Below are positions 16,969 through 25,846 of a DNA stretch of 64,000 nucleotides, in pieces (positions within the stretch are counted from its first letter, which is position 1; each line of letters begins with the position of its first letter). The notes beneath the pieces are model-generated. The model did no database searches. It saw only the letters and a list, made by a program, of their open reading frames with translations, and was not told the DNA's origin. This stretch comes from a virus: IMG/VR virus record IMGVR_UViG_3300036794_000042, positions 9,465-73,464 of that record; one strand, 5' to 3'. The position numbers and the translations under genes are program-made.

Positions 16969-18569
16969 CCATCAGCGAGCAGATCGAGCTGGCCGGAGGC
17001 TGGCGGGATGCGTGGCGGACCGAGCTGCGCGGCCCTCACGGCGAGTGGGTCCGGGGTACGGGCATCACCGGGCAACTGACCGAGGGCGTCCGGCAGAACA
17101 GCAACCCGATCGCGCTGAGCCAGATCGCGGCGCGCGTTGACGCTGAATCACGGGCAGCAAAGCACACCGATGTCTCCCAGGCCCTGGACCGGGTGGGCGA
17201 CACGCTCCATGAGGCCAAGGGGAGCTGGCCCGATGACAAGCCGGACCTGAATCAGGCGTGGAAGGAGCTGCGGCTGGCCTCCCGGCTGGCTCACAGTCAC
17301 GGTGACCATGCTGACGCGGACAGGTACGATGCCCTGGCCAGCGCCATCGTGGCAGCCCGCGAGGGCGGCGTTTACCATCCAAACGGGCCGCCGCCAGACA
17401 AGGCAGGCCAGCTAAAACTGGCGGCCAAGGCGTTCGTCCAGCAGGCCGCGCCCGAGGTCGGGAAGATCTACGGCGGACCCGAAAAGTGGAACGGCCAGGT
17501 CGCGCTGGTCAGCCAGGAAGACCGGCCGGACATGCTGGGCGAGATGAGCTGGACCGGGGGCATGACCCTGCGGGACAGCGTGGCCAAGAGCATGATCGCG
17601 GACCGGGCTGGCACCGGGCCGGTCCGCGACCCTGACGCCTTTGTGGTGACGCTGCACGAGCTGACCCACGGCGTAGTCAGCCACGGCACCTACTTCCAGC
17701 AGGCCGACGCTTACCAGGACCCGCGCACCGCAGCGATCGAAGAAGGCTTCACGCAGCTCGGCACCACCCAGCACGCGGCTGAGTTCTTCAGCGCGATGGG
17801 CATCGGTGACCGGCCCACCCACATCATGAGCATGGACCCGGGTACCCGGGTGAAGCTGTCCCTGTCCGACCGCAAGGCGCTCCGCGAGGCGTTCACCGAG
17901 GCGCACAGCCTGGAAGCGGACACGCCGCTGGTGCTCAACCGGCTGGACCACGCCAGCACCGCCGCCGAGAAGGGCGACCTGGACACCGCGATCAGCATGG
18001 TGGACAACGCTTTCCAGAGTGCAAGTGATGTAGAAGTCAAGGTCCAGCTCCGGCAGCTCCAGAAGGCCCTGCACAGCGTGGCTGATGACTATGGCGTGAG
18101 CACCCGGCACGACTCAATGGCCGAGTACGCCAGGCGGCAGGCCACCCCGGAGCGCATCAGGCAGGGCCAGTGGGGGCACTACGCGGAGGCCACGGCCGAG
18201 GCGCAGCGCTGGGTCGAGCAGATCGCGGCGGCCGAGGGCCAGAAGACAGCCGCCCGGATGACCGAGCTGTCTGATGAGATCAACCGGGAAGGCCCACGGG
18301 ACAAGATCCACGTCATGGCCGAGCAGATCGCGCGGGCCAGCAAGGTCAGGCCGGTCCCGGGCGGCACGGAGGATGAGGGCCACGACTACACGCACACCCC
18401 GGGCCTGATGACCGATGAAGACTGGGAGAGCGTGGAAGAGAACATTCTGGAGGGCTGGGGCGGTGGCGAGTTCGGCAAGCCGGACGCGGGCGTGGCCTTC
18501 GGCAACGCGAAGAAGGCGCTGGCCCACGTCATGCAGGAACGGGAGAAGATGCTGGCGGGCCGGTCATGA
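16965..18569 (+). CDS. Modular head-region protein 2 with a gluzincin metallopeptidase domain
   Basis: True start is GTG 16965 (GTGA overlap; the track's 16056 extension is a shadow). Begins IELAGGWRDAWRTELRGPHGEW; contains HELTH (17655-69) and AIEEG. Confidence 0.75.
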   Translation: MTISEQIELAGGWRDAWRTELRGPHGEWVRGTGITGQLTEGVRQNSNPIALSQIAARVDAESRAAKHTDVSQALDRVGDTLHEAKGSWPDDKPDLNQAWKELRLASRLAHSHGDHADADRYDALASAIVAAREGGVYHPNGPPPDKAGQLKLAAKAFVQQAAPEVGKIYGGPEKWNGQVALVSQEDRPDMLGEMSWTGGMTLRDSVAKSMIADRAGTGPVRDPDAFVVTLHELTHGVVSHGTYFQQADAYQDPRTAAIEEGFTQLGTTQHAAEFFSAMGIGDRPTHIMSMDPGTRVKLSLSDRKALREAFTEAHSLEADTPLVLNRLDHASTAAEKGDLDTAISMVDNAFQSASDVEVKVQLRQLQKALHSVADDYGVSTRHDSMAEYARRQATPERIRQGQWGHYAEATAEAQRWVEQIAAAEGQKTAARMTELSDEINREGPRDKIHVMAEQIARASKVRPVPGGTEDEGHDYTHTPGLMTDEDWESVEENILEGWGGGEFGKPDAGVAFGNAKKALAHVMQEREKMLAGRS

Positions 18570-18799
18570 CCCCGCAGGGCGAGGCGGCGGCCAAGATCCT
18601 GGCCCGCGCATTCAAGGACCCGGCGTACCGCGTCATTGCGCAGCAGGAGATGCGGACACTGGCCCTGGCCGCTGTTGACAACCAGGCTGAGCGCGAAATC
18701 TGTGATGCCGGCACGAGCCTCAACCGCCTTGTCACGGCTGGCCAGGCGCGTACCATCTCCGATCAGATGACGGAAACGATCACCGGGCAGGCCCAATGA
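18566..18799 (+). CDS. Hypothetical protein
   Basis: ATGA overlaps at both ends. Confidence 0.55.
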   Translation: MTPQGEAAAKILARAFKDPAYRVIAQQEMRTLALAAVDNQAEREICDAGTSLNRLVTAGQARTISDQMTETITGQAQ

Positions 18800-19494
18800 G
18801 TGAGCGGACGGCGCTCTACAGCGACCTGCGCTCCCTTGGCGCTGATTCCTTCGAGGCCGCCATCGTGCTCTCGATCGTGGAAGAGATGACCGTGATCGAG
18901 CTGTCCCGGGCAACCGCCTACCTGCACGAGCCACGCGGCAAGGGCGGCGAGTGGGTCGGCACCCCCGGCGCTGGCCTGGACCGGGCCGGCTCCAGCAAGA
19001 CGGCCCGCCGCGCCAAGGCCCGGCTGGCGAAGAAGCAGGCCGTGGCCGCCCGCCATCCGGTGATGCCGCAGCTCGGCTCACCTGCTGCGGAAGACTCCGT
19101 GATCAAGCCGGACAACACCGCGCACAGCAGGGCATTCCAGCAGCATCTGTCCGAGTCCCAGGCCGAGCACAACAGGCTTCAGGCCCAGATGGAGGCCAAG
19201 GCCGCCAAGCTGGAAGCTGACACGTCTGCCCGGCTGGATGCCCAGGCCAAGCGTCATGTGGCGATGCTCACCCAGTCGATCAAGGACAACAACGCCAAGC
19301 TGGCCGAGGAAGAGAACAGCGAAGAGAAGAAGAAGGCCAGGCAGAAGGCGGCCATTGAGGGCTCGGTCGCGGTGGCCGGCGTGATCGCTGCCTATGCCGA
19401 GACCAAGCTGGGCGTGCCGGACCTAGTGGCCTTTGCCACGTCGGCGGTCGGCCCTGGCATCCAGATCCTGTCCGAGTGGAAGAAGCGCCTCTGA
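18796..19494 (+). CDS. Modular head-region protein 3 (coiled coil + C-terminal hydrophobic hairpin)
   Basis: VIELS followed by YLHEPRGKGGEW; C-terminal AAIEGSVAVAGVIAAYA...LVAFATSAVGPGIQIL. Confidence 0.7.
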   Translation: MSERTALYSDLRSLGADSFEAAIVLSIVEEMTVIELSRATAYLHEPRGKGGEWVGTPGAGLDRAGSSKTARRAKARLAKKQAVAARHPVMPQLGSPAAEDSVIKPDNTAHSRAFQQHLSESQAEHNRLQAQMEAKAAKLEADTSARLDAQAKRHVAMLTQSIKDNNAKLAEEENSEEKKKARQKAAIEGSVAVAGVIAAYAETKLGVPDLVAFATSAVGPGIQILSEWKKRL

Positions 19495-19631
19495 TGTGGT
19501 CTGACGAGAAGAAGGCCCAGGTCAAGGCCATCATGAAGCAGGCTTACATCGAGGGCGGGATGGATGAGGAAACCGCCGATGAAGTAGCCCAGGACGTCAC
19601 TGACCAGGCCGAGCAGCGGGAGTCTGAGTGA
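19494..19631 (+). CDS. Small acidic protein (45 aa, not in the ORF track)
   Basis: MWSDEKKAQVKAIMKQAYIEGGMDEETADEVAQDVTDQAEQRESE; TGATG and GTGA overlaps fill the gap exactly. Confidence 0.55.
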   Translation: MWSDEKKAQVKAIMKQAYIEGGMDEETADEVAQDVTDQAEQRESE

Positions 19632-21646
19632 GCGTCATCGAGCTGCGCGGGCATTTCGACCCGTCCCAGCCCCGGGACAGCCACGGCCGCTGGGCGCATA
19701 CGCCCAGCTATGGTGCGGAGCGGGCATGGGAAGCCGGGGCTGGCCAGCGCCAGCGGGCGTCAGGGCTCTGGGGCGGAAAGACCTACGCCCAGCACAGCGC
19801 AGCCGTGAGCAGGCTGAACCCCGACCAGCTCGGTGAGTACAACGACCAGCAGACCCACGGCGTGAGCCCGGGAGACGCACTGGCCAGGGCGCAGATGCTG
19901 ATCGGCAAGGACCCTTCCGGTGCGTTCGCGGCCAAGGTCAACAAGGTCTATGCCGCCGCAGCGGGGGCGGGCAAGGCTGCTGACGTGCGGGCGCTGAGCC
20001 GTGGCCAGCGGATGGAGTACGTCCGGCAGACCGCCCGGGGCACATCGCACGCTGACGCCATGAAGGCGGCCAGGGCATACACCTCGCCCTGGGAAACCAA
20101 CAGCCCAGCCAGCCGCCTGGCCATGAAGCAGACGATGGACTCAGCCAGCCTGCACACCGCCCAGCGGGCTCCGCTGCTACCCGGTGAGCAGAACGCCCGG
20201 AACGCGGCAGCCGCGCACCTGCGGCGGACCAACGTCTTCACGGCCGGCCCGCACGCCGCGTTTGCGGCCAAGGCCAAGACGCCTACCCTGCTCAAGCTGA
20301 AGGCGAAGTTCGACAGCGGGCAGATCAAGGACCCGGTGATGGCCAGGGCCGTCCAGGCCGAGCTGAAGCTGCGCGGTGAGCTGGCTGGTGCCAGCACCAT
20401 CCAGGCAGCAAACCCGGCAGGGGGCATCGAGCTGGGCTGGCGTGACGCCTGGCGCACGGAGCACCGTGGCCGGGGCGGGATGTGGCAGGGCATTGCCGGC
20501 AGCATGGCCCGGGACATGCTGGCCGGGGCGGCGCAGAACCCGGACAATGCCGCCGCGATGCGGGACATCGCGGGCACGGTCTCCGGCATGGCAGACGCCC
20601 AGCTCGGCCAGCAGCTCGGCATGAAGGTGCCCAAGGGCGCGGCGGACATCATCAGCAACGTCCGGCCGGAGAACGCCGTGGCTGCTGTCCAGAAGCTGAC
20701 CAAGATGGGCATGAAGCAGCTTGATGCGGCCAAGGCGGTGACCGCGATGCTCAACCGGACCCCCGGCGCAGTGACCAGGACCCAGGCGCTGATCGCAGGC
20801 AGCCGGACCGTGCAGACGGCTAACGAGATGGCCACGCCCACCAGCACGGCTGGCCGGAAGGCTGCGTACAAGGCCGGGAACGCGCTGAGGCCAGCCGGAC
20901 CCGGCCAGGCTCCGGGCTTCCCGGTCACCAGCGGGGCGCAGTGGGAGAAGGCACGGCAGGCAGTAGGGCGGGTGGCCGACCCGGCGCGGCGCGCGTCCCT
21001 GGCGAAGCTGCTGCGCAAGACTGCACCTAAGTTCGGCAAGACCAAGGCCCTGGCGCAGAGCTGGGCCGCGCCGGGCGGGGCCAAGACGATGACGGCTGAC
21101 CACGGAAGGACACTCGACATGGCAATCAGGCAGCCGGTCCGCACCCCGTTTGACGTGGTAGTGGCCCGTGGCGACGACGGTGCGGCCATCATCAGGCACC
21201 GGCAGGGCGGTGGCCTGATCGGCAGGATGTACCGCGATGACGCCGGCCAGTGGGTCGGTGTCGGTGACGGCGGGAAGAAGACCGACCCGCGCAATCATCA
21301 GCGCACCACGCTGCTCGACCTGATCACGGCCTACAACGGCACCGCGACCGCCGCGCTGACCAGGCCATCCACTCCCCCGCTGCCCGCCGCGCAGCCCGCC
21401 GTGCAGACCGACCTGATGCAGCAGTTCGGGGTGCCGGCCATCAAGCTGGCCACCCCTAGCACATCGAGCACCGATGGGCCGCGTACCGTGACCTCCGGCG
21501 CGTCGGACAGCGACTCGGACGATGGTCCGGCAGGATTGAGCCCCAAGGGCGTGGCGATCTACAAGAAGCTGAAGGCCAAGGGCTTCCCGGCCGCCCGCGC
21601 CCTGGCGTTTGCCCGCCGTGCCCAGTCCTTCGGAGGCAGCAAGTGA
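19628..21646 (+). CDS. Modular head-region protein 4 (putative internal head protein)
   Basis: Starts VIELRGHFDPSQPRDSHGRW; internal GIELGWRDAWRTEHRGRGGMW, LDMA and IKLA motifs. Confidence 0.7.
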   Translation: MSVIELRGHFDPSQPRDSHGRWAHTPSYGAERAWEAGAGQRQRASGLWGGKTYAQHSAAVSRLNPDQLGEYNDQQTHGVSPGDALARAQMLIGKDPSGAFAAKVNKVYAAAAGAGKAADVRALSRGQRMEYVRQTARGTSHADAMKAARAYTSPWETNSPASRLAMKQTMDSASLHTAQRAPLLPGEQNARNAAAAHLRRTNVFTAGPHAAFAAKAKTPTLLKLKAKFDSGQIKDPVMARAVQAELKLRGELAGASTIQAANPAGGIELGWRDAWRTEHRGRGGMWQGIAGSMARDMLAGAAQNPDNAAAMRDIAGTVSGMADAQLGQQLGMKVPKGAADIISNVRPENAVAAVQKLTKMGMKQLDAAKAVTAMLNRTPGAVTRTQALIAGSRTVQTANEMATPTSTAGRKAAYKAGNALRPAGPGQAPGFPVTSGAQWEKARQAVGRVADPARRASLAKLLRKTAPKFGKTKALAQSWAAPGGAKTMTADHGRTLDMAIRQPVRTPFDVVVARGDDGAAIIRHRQGGGLIGRMYRDDAGQWVGVGDGGKKTDPRNHQRTTLLDLITAYNGTATAALTRPSTPPLPAAQPAVQTDLMQQFGVPAIKLATPSTSSTDGPRTVTSGASDSDSDDGPAGLSPKGVAIYKKLKAKGFPAARALAFARRAQSFGGSK

Positions 21647-22866
21647 CCAGCGCAGTCCTGACGCCGTTCGTCAGGGGCGCAGCGACCCAGCAGCCCGGAG
21701 GGCGGTTGTGGCGCAAGAAGGTGCTGCCCGTAGGGGACATCGACTACAAGGGCCGGAAGCTGAGTTTCACCAGGTCATACAACGATGGCCTGGCTGCGGC
21801 GTACCAGTCCGGTGCCTATGACCAGGTGCCCTTCCAGCTCGCGGACCACGCCAACACCCATACCAACGACCCGGAGCGGTTCCGGGGCGACGTGATCTCT
21901 GTTGACAGTCTTGCTGACGGTCTCTACATCACGCTGGCTCCGACCGATGAGGGCGAGAAGACGCTCCTGACCAACCCCCGCCTGGGTGTCTCCGCACGGA
22001 TTGTGGAGGATTACGCCCGGTCAGACGGCAAGCACTACCCTGCCGCCATCCAGCACGTCCTGGGCACGCTCGACCCCCGGATTCCCGGGCTCGGTGCGTG
22101 GGAGGCCATCGAGGCGTCCAACCAGCCCGAGACGATCATCGACCTGACCGGGGCGACGTTCGCCGGCCAGCAGGAAGGAACAGAAGCCATGCCACTGACC
22201 GACCAGGAGCGCCAGGCCAGGCTGGCCAAGCTGCTCGAAGTCCCCTCTGACCAGTGGGACAAGATCGTCGCCCAGCTCACCGCACCGGCTGCGGCACCCG
22301 CCGCAGGCACCGGGACCGGGACTGGCACCACGACCCCTGCGGCCGGCGATGACCAGCTCACCGCAGAAGAGCTGGCCGAGCTGGAGGCCGCCGCCGCCGA
22401 GCTGGACGCACTGGGCCTGCTCGATGACGAGACCGAGGCCGAGCCGGTCGGCGCGGGCGCTCCCACGGCCCTCTCGAACACTGACCGGATGGCCATCGAG
22501 ATGGCCAACGTCCAGGCGGAAGAGACCGCCCGGCAGCTCCGCGTGGTGACCAACGAGCTGGATGCCCAGCGCTTCGAGGCCGAGAAGGTGCGGCTGGCGA
22601 AGATCGGCATCCCGCCGTACATCACCGAGCTGGCCCGGCCCTTCCTGGAGGGCGCTGGGCACACCGTGGACCTGGCCAACGGCTCCAGCGCGGACGGCGG
22701 CCAGGTCATGCGCAAGGTGCTGGAGGAAGTCGGCAAGCTGGGGCGGCTCATGGGGGAGACGGACGTCGAGCTGGGCAGCCCGATGGACGCGCCGGAGGAT
22801 CAGGGAGCGGCCACGGCCCGGGATGACATCGTGGCCCGCTTCCGCACCCAGACGGGGGCGTTCTGA
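21643..22866 (+). CDS. Capsid maturation protease / scaffold fusion (Mu gpI-like)
   Basis: N-terminal protease-like region (WRK.VLP.G...H.N.P....G....GVSARI...HVLGT.DP.IPGL), acidic helical C-terminal scaffold, position before the decoration and capsid genes. Confidence 0.75.
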   Translation: MTSAVLTPFVRGAATQQPGGRLWRKKVLPVGDIDYKGRKLSFTRSYNDGLAAAYQSGAYDQVPFQLADHANTHTNDPERFRGDVISVDSLADGLYITLAPTDEGEKTLLTNPRLGVSARIVEDYARSDGKHYPAAIQHVLGTLDPRIPGLGAWEAIEASNQPETIIDLTGATFAGQQEGTEAMPLTDQERQARLAKLLEVPSDQWDKIVAQLTAPAAAPAAGTGTGTGTTTPAAGDDQLTAEELAELEAAAAELDALGLLDDETEAEPVGAGAPTALSNTDRMAIEMANVQAEETARQLRVVTNELDAQRFEAEKVRLAKIGIPPYITELARPFLEGAGHTVDLANGSSADGGQVMRKVLEEVGKLGRLMGETDVELGSPMDAPEDQGAATARDDIVARFRTQTGAF

Positions 22867-22869
22867 GCG

Positions 22870-23070
22870 ATGTCCCGCCAGGTGATCACCAAGACCGTGA
22901 CGATTGCGGGGTCCGGCTACCTCGCGCCGTCCCGCACGCTCACGGCTGGCCAGGTGGTCGAGCTGTCCGCATCTGAAGTCACTGCGGTGACCACGGCGGG
23001 CGGCACAGTCCGCGCAACCGGAGCCCGCGACATTGCCGGGGAGTCTGCCGGCGTCTCCAACGGCAACTAG
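22870..23070 (+). CDS. Small head-associated protein
   Basis: 66 aa between the scaffold and decoration genes; G.VVELS.SE motif. Confidence 0.55.
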   Translation: MSRQVITKTVTIAGSGYLAPSRTLTAGQVVELSASEVTAVTTAGGTVRATGARDIAGESAGVSNGN

Positions 23071-23086
23071 GAAGAAGGGTTAGCCC

Positions 23087-23578
23087 ATGTCAGCAGTGCT
23101 GCCGCACTACAAGATGGGTCCGCAGAACTGTCAGGTCAGCGCTCTGATCTTCGGCGGGCAGCTTGTCGAGTACACCACCCAGACCGCAGGCACCACTGAC
23201 CTGACGGTGAAGCCAGCCATCGCAAACTCGCTGGTCTGCCTGGGCGTTTCCGGCGATGACGGCAACGTTCTCGCTACCCAGACCGGGGCCGCGAACACCT
23301 ACGGCCAGCCGCAGATTGACATCTCGGTGCTGCCGGACTACATCCCCGTCTACTTCGGCGGGGTGGACATCTGGGTCTGGTACTCGGCCCAGGTCACCCC
23401 CGGCCAGCTCCTGGCCACGACCGCGAACGGGACGGTCGGCCCGTTCTCCGGTACCACCTACAGCCAGATCGTGGGCCGCTGCACCAACCCGGGTGGTGTC
23501 GCTTCCGCCCAGCTCACCCAGCAGATCGGCGGGGCCGGCGCTTCCACCTTCTACCTGGGCCGCGCCCGGATCTTCTGA
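23087..23578 (+). CDS. Probable capsid decoration/cement protein
   Basis: 163 aa immediately before the MCP; beta-rich, with the V.PG..L.....G.V...G..IVG pattern of DUF2190/gpD-like proteins. Confidence 0.6.
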   Translation: MSAVLPHYKMGPQNCQVSALIFGGQLVEYTTQTAGTTDLTVKPAIANSLVCLGVSGDDGNVLATQTGAANTYGQPQIDISVLPDYIPVYFGGVDIWVWYSAQVTPGQLLATTANGTVGPFSGTTYSQIVGRCTNPGGVASAQLTQQIGGAGASTFYLGRARIF

Positions 23579-23592
23579 TAAGGAGCTGACAA

Positions 23593-24504
23593 ATGCCTGT
23601 TGCCGCACGCGGTTTCAGCGATGGTCCCCGGATCGTCGTCTCTGAACTGCTGAAGGACCCGCTGGTTATCCCGGCGCTCATCCTGGACATGACGCAGAAC
23701 GAGTTCATCGTGGACTCGGTGCTGCGCAACGGCGGGGCTGCACCGAGCGGCGCGGTGCGCTACTCGGAGTCCACCCCGATGTACGCGGACGACTTCCCCG
23801 AGATCCGGCCTGAGTTCGGTGAAGTGCCGATCGTGCCGACCTCCATCGGCATCCCGCGCGTGGTCTTCAGCCACGAGCGCGCGATGGCGATCATGGTCTC
23901 GGACGAGATGCGCCGCCGCCAGACCATCGACCCGGTGACCCGGCAGTTGCTCCAGGTCAAGAACACGATGGTCTACTCCTGGAACACCGCCTTCTACTCG
24001 GCGGTGGTGGCGAATGCCTCCATCCAGACCCTGGCCGTCAGCAATACCTGGGCATCGGCCGCCGCGACCATCCGCGCGGACATCGCCCAGGCGTGCTTCC
24101 TGGTCGAGAACGCCAACATCGTCTCGCCCTCCGGCGTGACGCAGTGGCTGGGCTTCGAGGCGGACACCCTCATCATCAACCACGCGACCAAGAACACGCT
24201 GCTCCAGAGCAGCACGTTCGCCGCGCCGTACATCGGTGACATCGCCAGCGAGAACCTGCTCTACACCGGCACGCTGCCGCAGAAGATCTTCAACCTGGAC
24301 GTCCTGGTCTCGCGCCAGGTGCCGGCCGGGAACGCGATCGTCATGCAGCGCAACCGGGCGGGCTTCTACGCGGACGAGCTGCCGTTCATCGCAGGGCCGC
24401 TGTACCGTGACGAGCCCAGGAAGACCTGGCGTTCCGACACGCAGCGGGCATCAGCCATCGGCCTTGACCAGCCCCTGGCGATCTGCCTGCTGTCCGGCCT
24501 GTAG
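23593..24504 (+). CDS. Major capsid protein (HK97 fold)
   Basis: AGGAG RBS; 303 aa; E-loop-like E...EFGEVP.V segment; position after protease and decoration genes. Confidence 0.85.
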   Translation: MPVAARGFSDGPRIVVSELLKDPLVIPALILDMTQNEFIVDSVLRNGGAAPSGAVRYSESTPMYADDFPEIRPEFGEVPIVPTSIGIPRVVFSHERAMAIMVSDEMRRRQTIDPVTRQLLQVKNTMVYSWNTAFYSAVVANASIQTLAVSNTWASAAATIRADIAQACFLVENANIVSPSGVTQWLGFEADTLIINHATKNTLLQSSTFAAPYIGDIASENLLYTGTLPQKIFNLDVLVSRQVPAGNAIVMQRNRAGFYADELPFIAGPLYRDEPRKTWRSDTQRASAIGLDQPLAICLLSGL

Positions 24505-24513
24505 GGAGACCGC

Positions 24514-24906
24514 ATGGCGAAGTACCAGGCGCTCACCAACCTCTCGATACCGATGCCGGTGGCGGGGGAAGAGAAGCGCACGTTCCTGGTGCCCAGGGGC
24601 GAGACGGTCGAGCTGACCGCCGAGCAGGCTGAGAACCTTCAGCGCAACCACCGGGTGCCCGTCATCCGGCCGGCCAAGGAAGGCAGCAAGCCCATGCCGG
24701 TGCTCACCGGGCGGTCGCTCTCGGGCCGCCTGATGGTGCCGGTGCAGAAGCCGCCGCCAGGCTGGACCGGGGCACGCCCCGACCCGGCTGGCAGCTCGCA
24801 GATCATCGAGCGGCAGGTTCCCGAGATGGGCGACCCGCAGGCCGGATCGGAGAGCAGCGACGGCGATGCGCTGGACCTGCCGCCCGGTACCAGGATCGGT
24901 GTATAG
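24514..24906 (+). CDS. Head-associated hypothetical protein
   Basis: GGGAG RBS; LVPRGETVELTAEQAE motif common in genes that follow the MCP. Confidence 0.6.
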   Translation: MAKYQALTNLSIPMPVAGEEKRTFLVPRGETVELTAEQAENLQRNHRVPVIRPAKEGSKPMPVLTGRSLSGRLMVPVQKPPPGWTGARPDPAGSSQIIERQVPEMGDPQAGSESSDGDALDLPPGTRIGV

Positions 24907-24919
24907 AAAGGGCTGAGCC

Positions 24920-25540
24920 ATGCCGGCTGCCGTCATCCCGGTTGAGGTGGCGCTGAGCTGCCCGCGCTGCAAGCTGCGCAGGCTGTTCATCACCACCAAC
25001 GGGACGCAGTACCGATGCGCGGGCTGCGAGTGGCTGTTCACGCTGGGGACACCCGCCGTGGCGGCTCCCGGCGTGCCGCTGTCCACGGTCGCGGTGACCA
25101 ACAACACCGGCACCGTGGTCTCGGTGGTGATCTCGGGCGGCACCCTGACCTTCGTATTCGTCAACAGCGTCCAGGTCGGCACCACGGCGGGGACCTACCT
25201 GGTCCCGGTCGGCGGCACCATCTCGATCACCTACAGCGTGGCTCCCACCTGGACCTGGGCACTGCCGCTGACCTCCGGCACGATCTCGCTGGGCGGGCTG
25301 GCCATCCCGCTGGCATCCGGTGGCACGAACTTCGCCCTGGGCCAGAACCTGCTGATCGACACGGCGGCCAATGCCGAGGTGGTAACTGTCAACGGGCCGC
25401 CGACCGGCACCAGCCTGCCCATCACGGGTGCGGCCAAGGCGCACAGCTCAGGGGTCGCGGTCGGCCTTGTGACGGCTTCTCCCGCGATTTCAGGCGTGGG
25501 TGAGCAGCAGATACCCAACCCGGGCGGCTGGGGCTTCTGA
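24920..25540 (+). CDS. Virion-associated protein (Zn ribbon + beta-sandwich domains)
   Basis: CPRC...CAGC followed by a beta-rich domain paralogous to 25847..26191. Confidence 0.6.
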   Translation: MPAAVIPVEVALSCPRCKLRRLFITTNGTQYRCAGCEWLFTLGTPAVAAPGVPLSTVAVTNNTGTVVSVVISGGTLTFVFVNSVQVGTTAGTYLVPVGGTISITYSVAPTWTWALPLTSGTISLGGLAIPLASGGTNFALGQNLLIDTAANAEVVTVNGPPTGTSLPITGAAKAHSSGVAVGLVTASPAISGVGEQQIPNPGGWGF

Positions 25541-25836
25541 TGGCCCTCTCGCGGTTCGTCATCGGCACCACCGTCCTGGTCCCGGCTGGCACGGGGACAG
25601 GCGGCAGCTTCGGCACTGAGAGCTGGGTGGGAGCGTCCGGCCCGCCGATCCAGTGGGCTGACGGCGAGACCATCCAGTTCATCGAGGGCACCGTGATCTT
25701 CTGTGACGGCGGCACGCCAGCCGTCCCGGCGACCCCTCCGCAGCAGCTCTACGCCGCGATCCAGGCGGCCGGGGGCAACCTGCGGGCGTTCGTGGACGGC
25801 TCCGATGACGTGGGCCACGCAGGCATCAGCAACTAG
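25540..25836 (+). CDS. Hypothetical virion protein
   Basis: TGATG coupling inside the structural operon. Confidence 0.6.
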   Translation: MALSRFVIGTTVLVPAGTGTGGSFGTESWVGASGPPIQWADGETIQFIEGTVIFCDGGTPAVPATPPQQLYAAIQAAGGNLRAFVDGSDDVGHAGISN

Positions 25837-25846
25837 GGAGCAGGAC

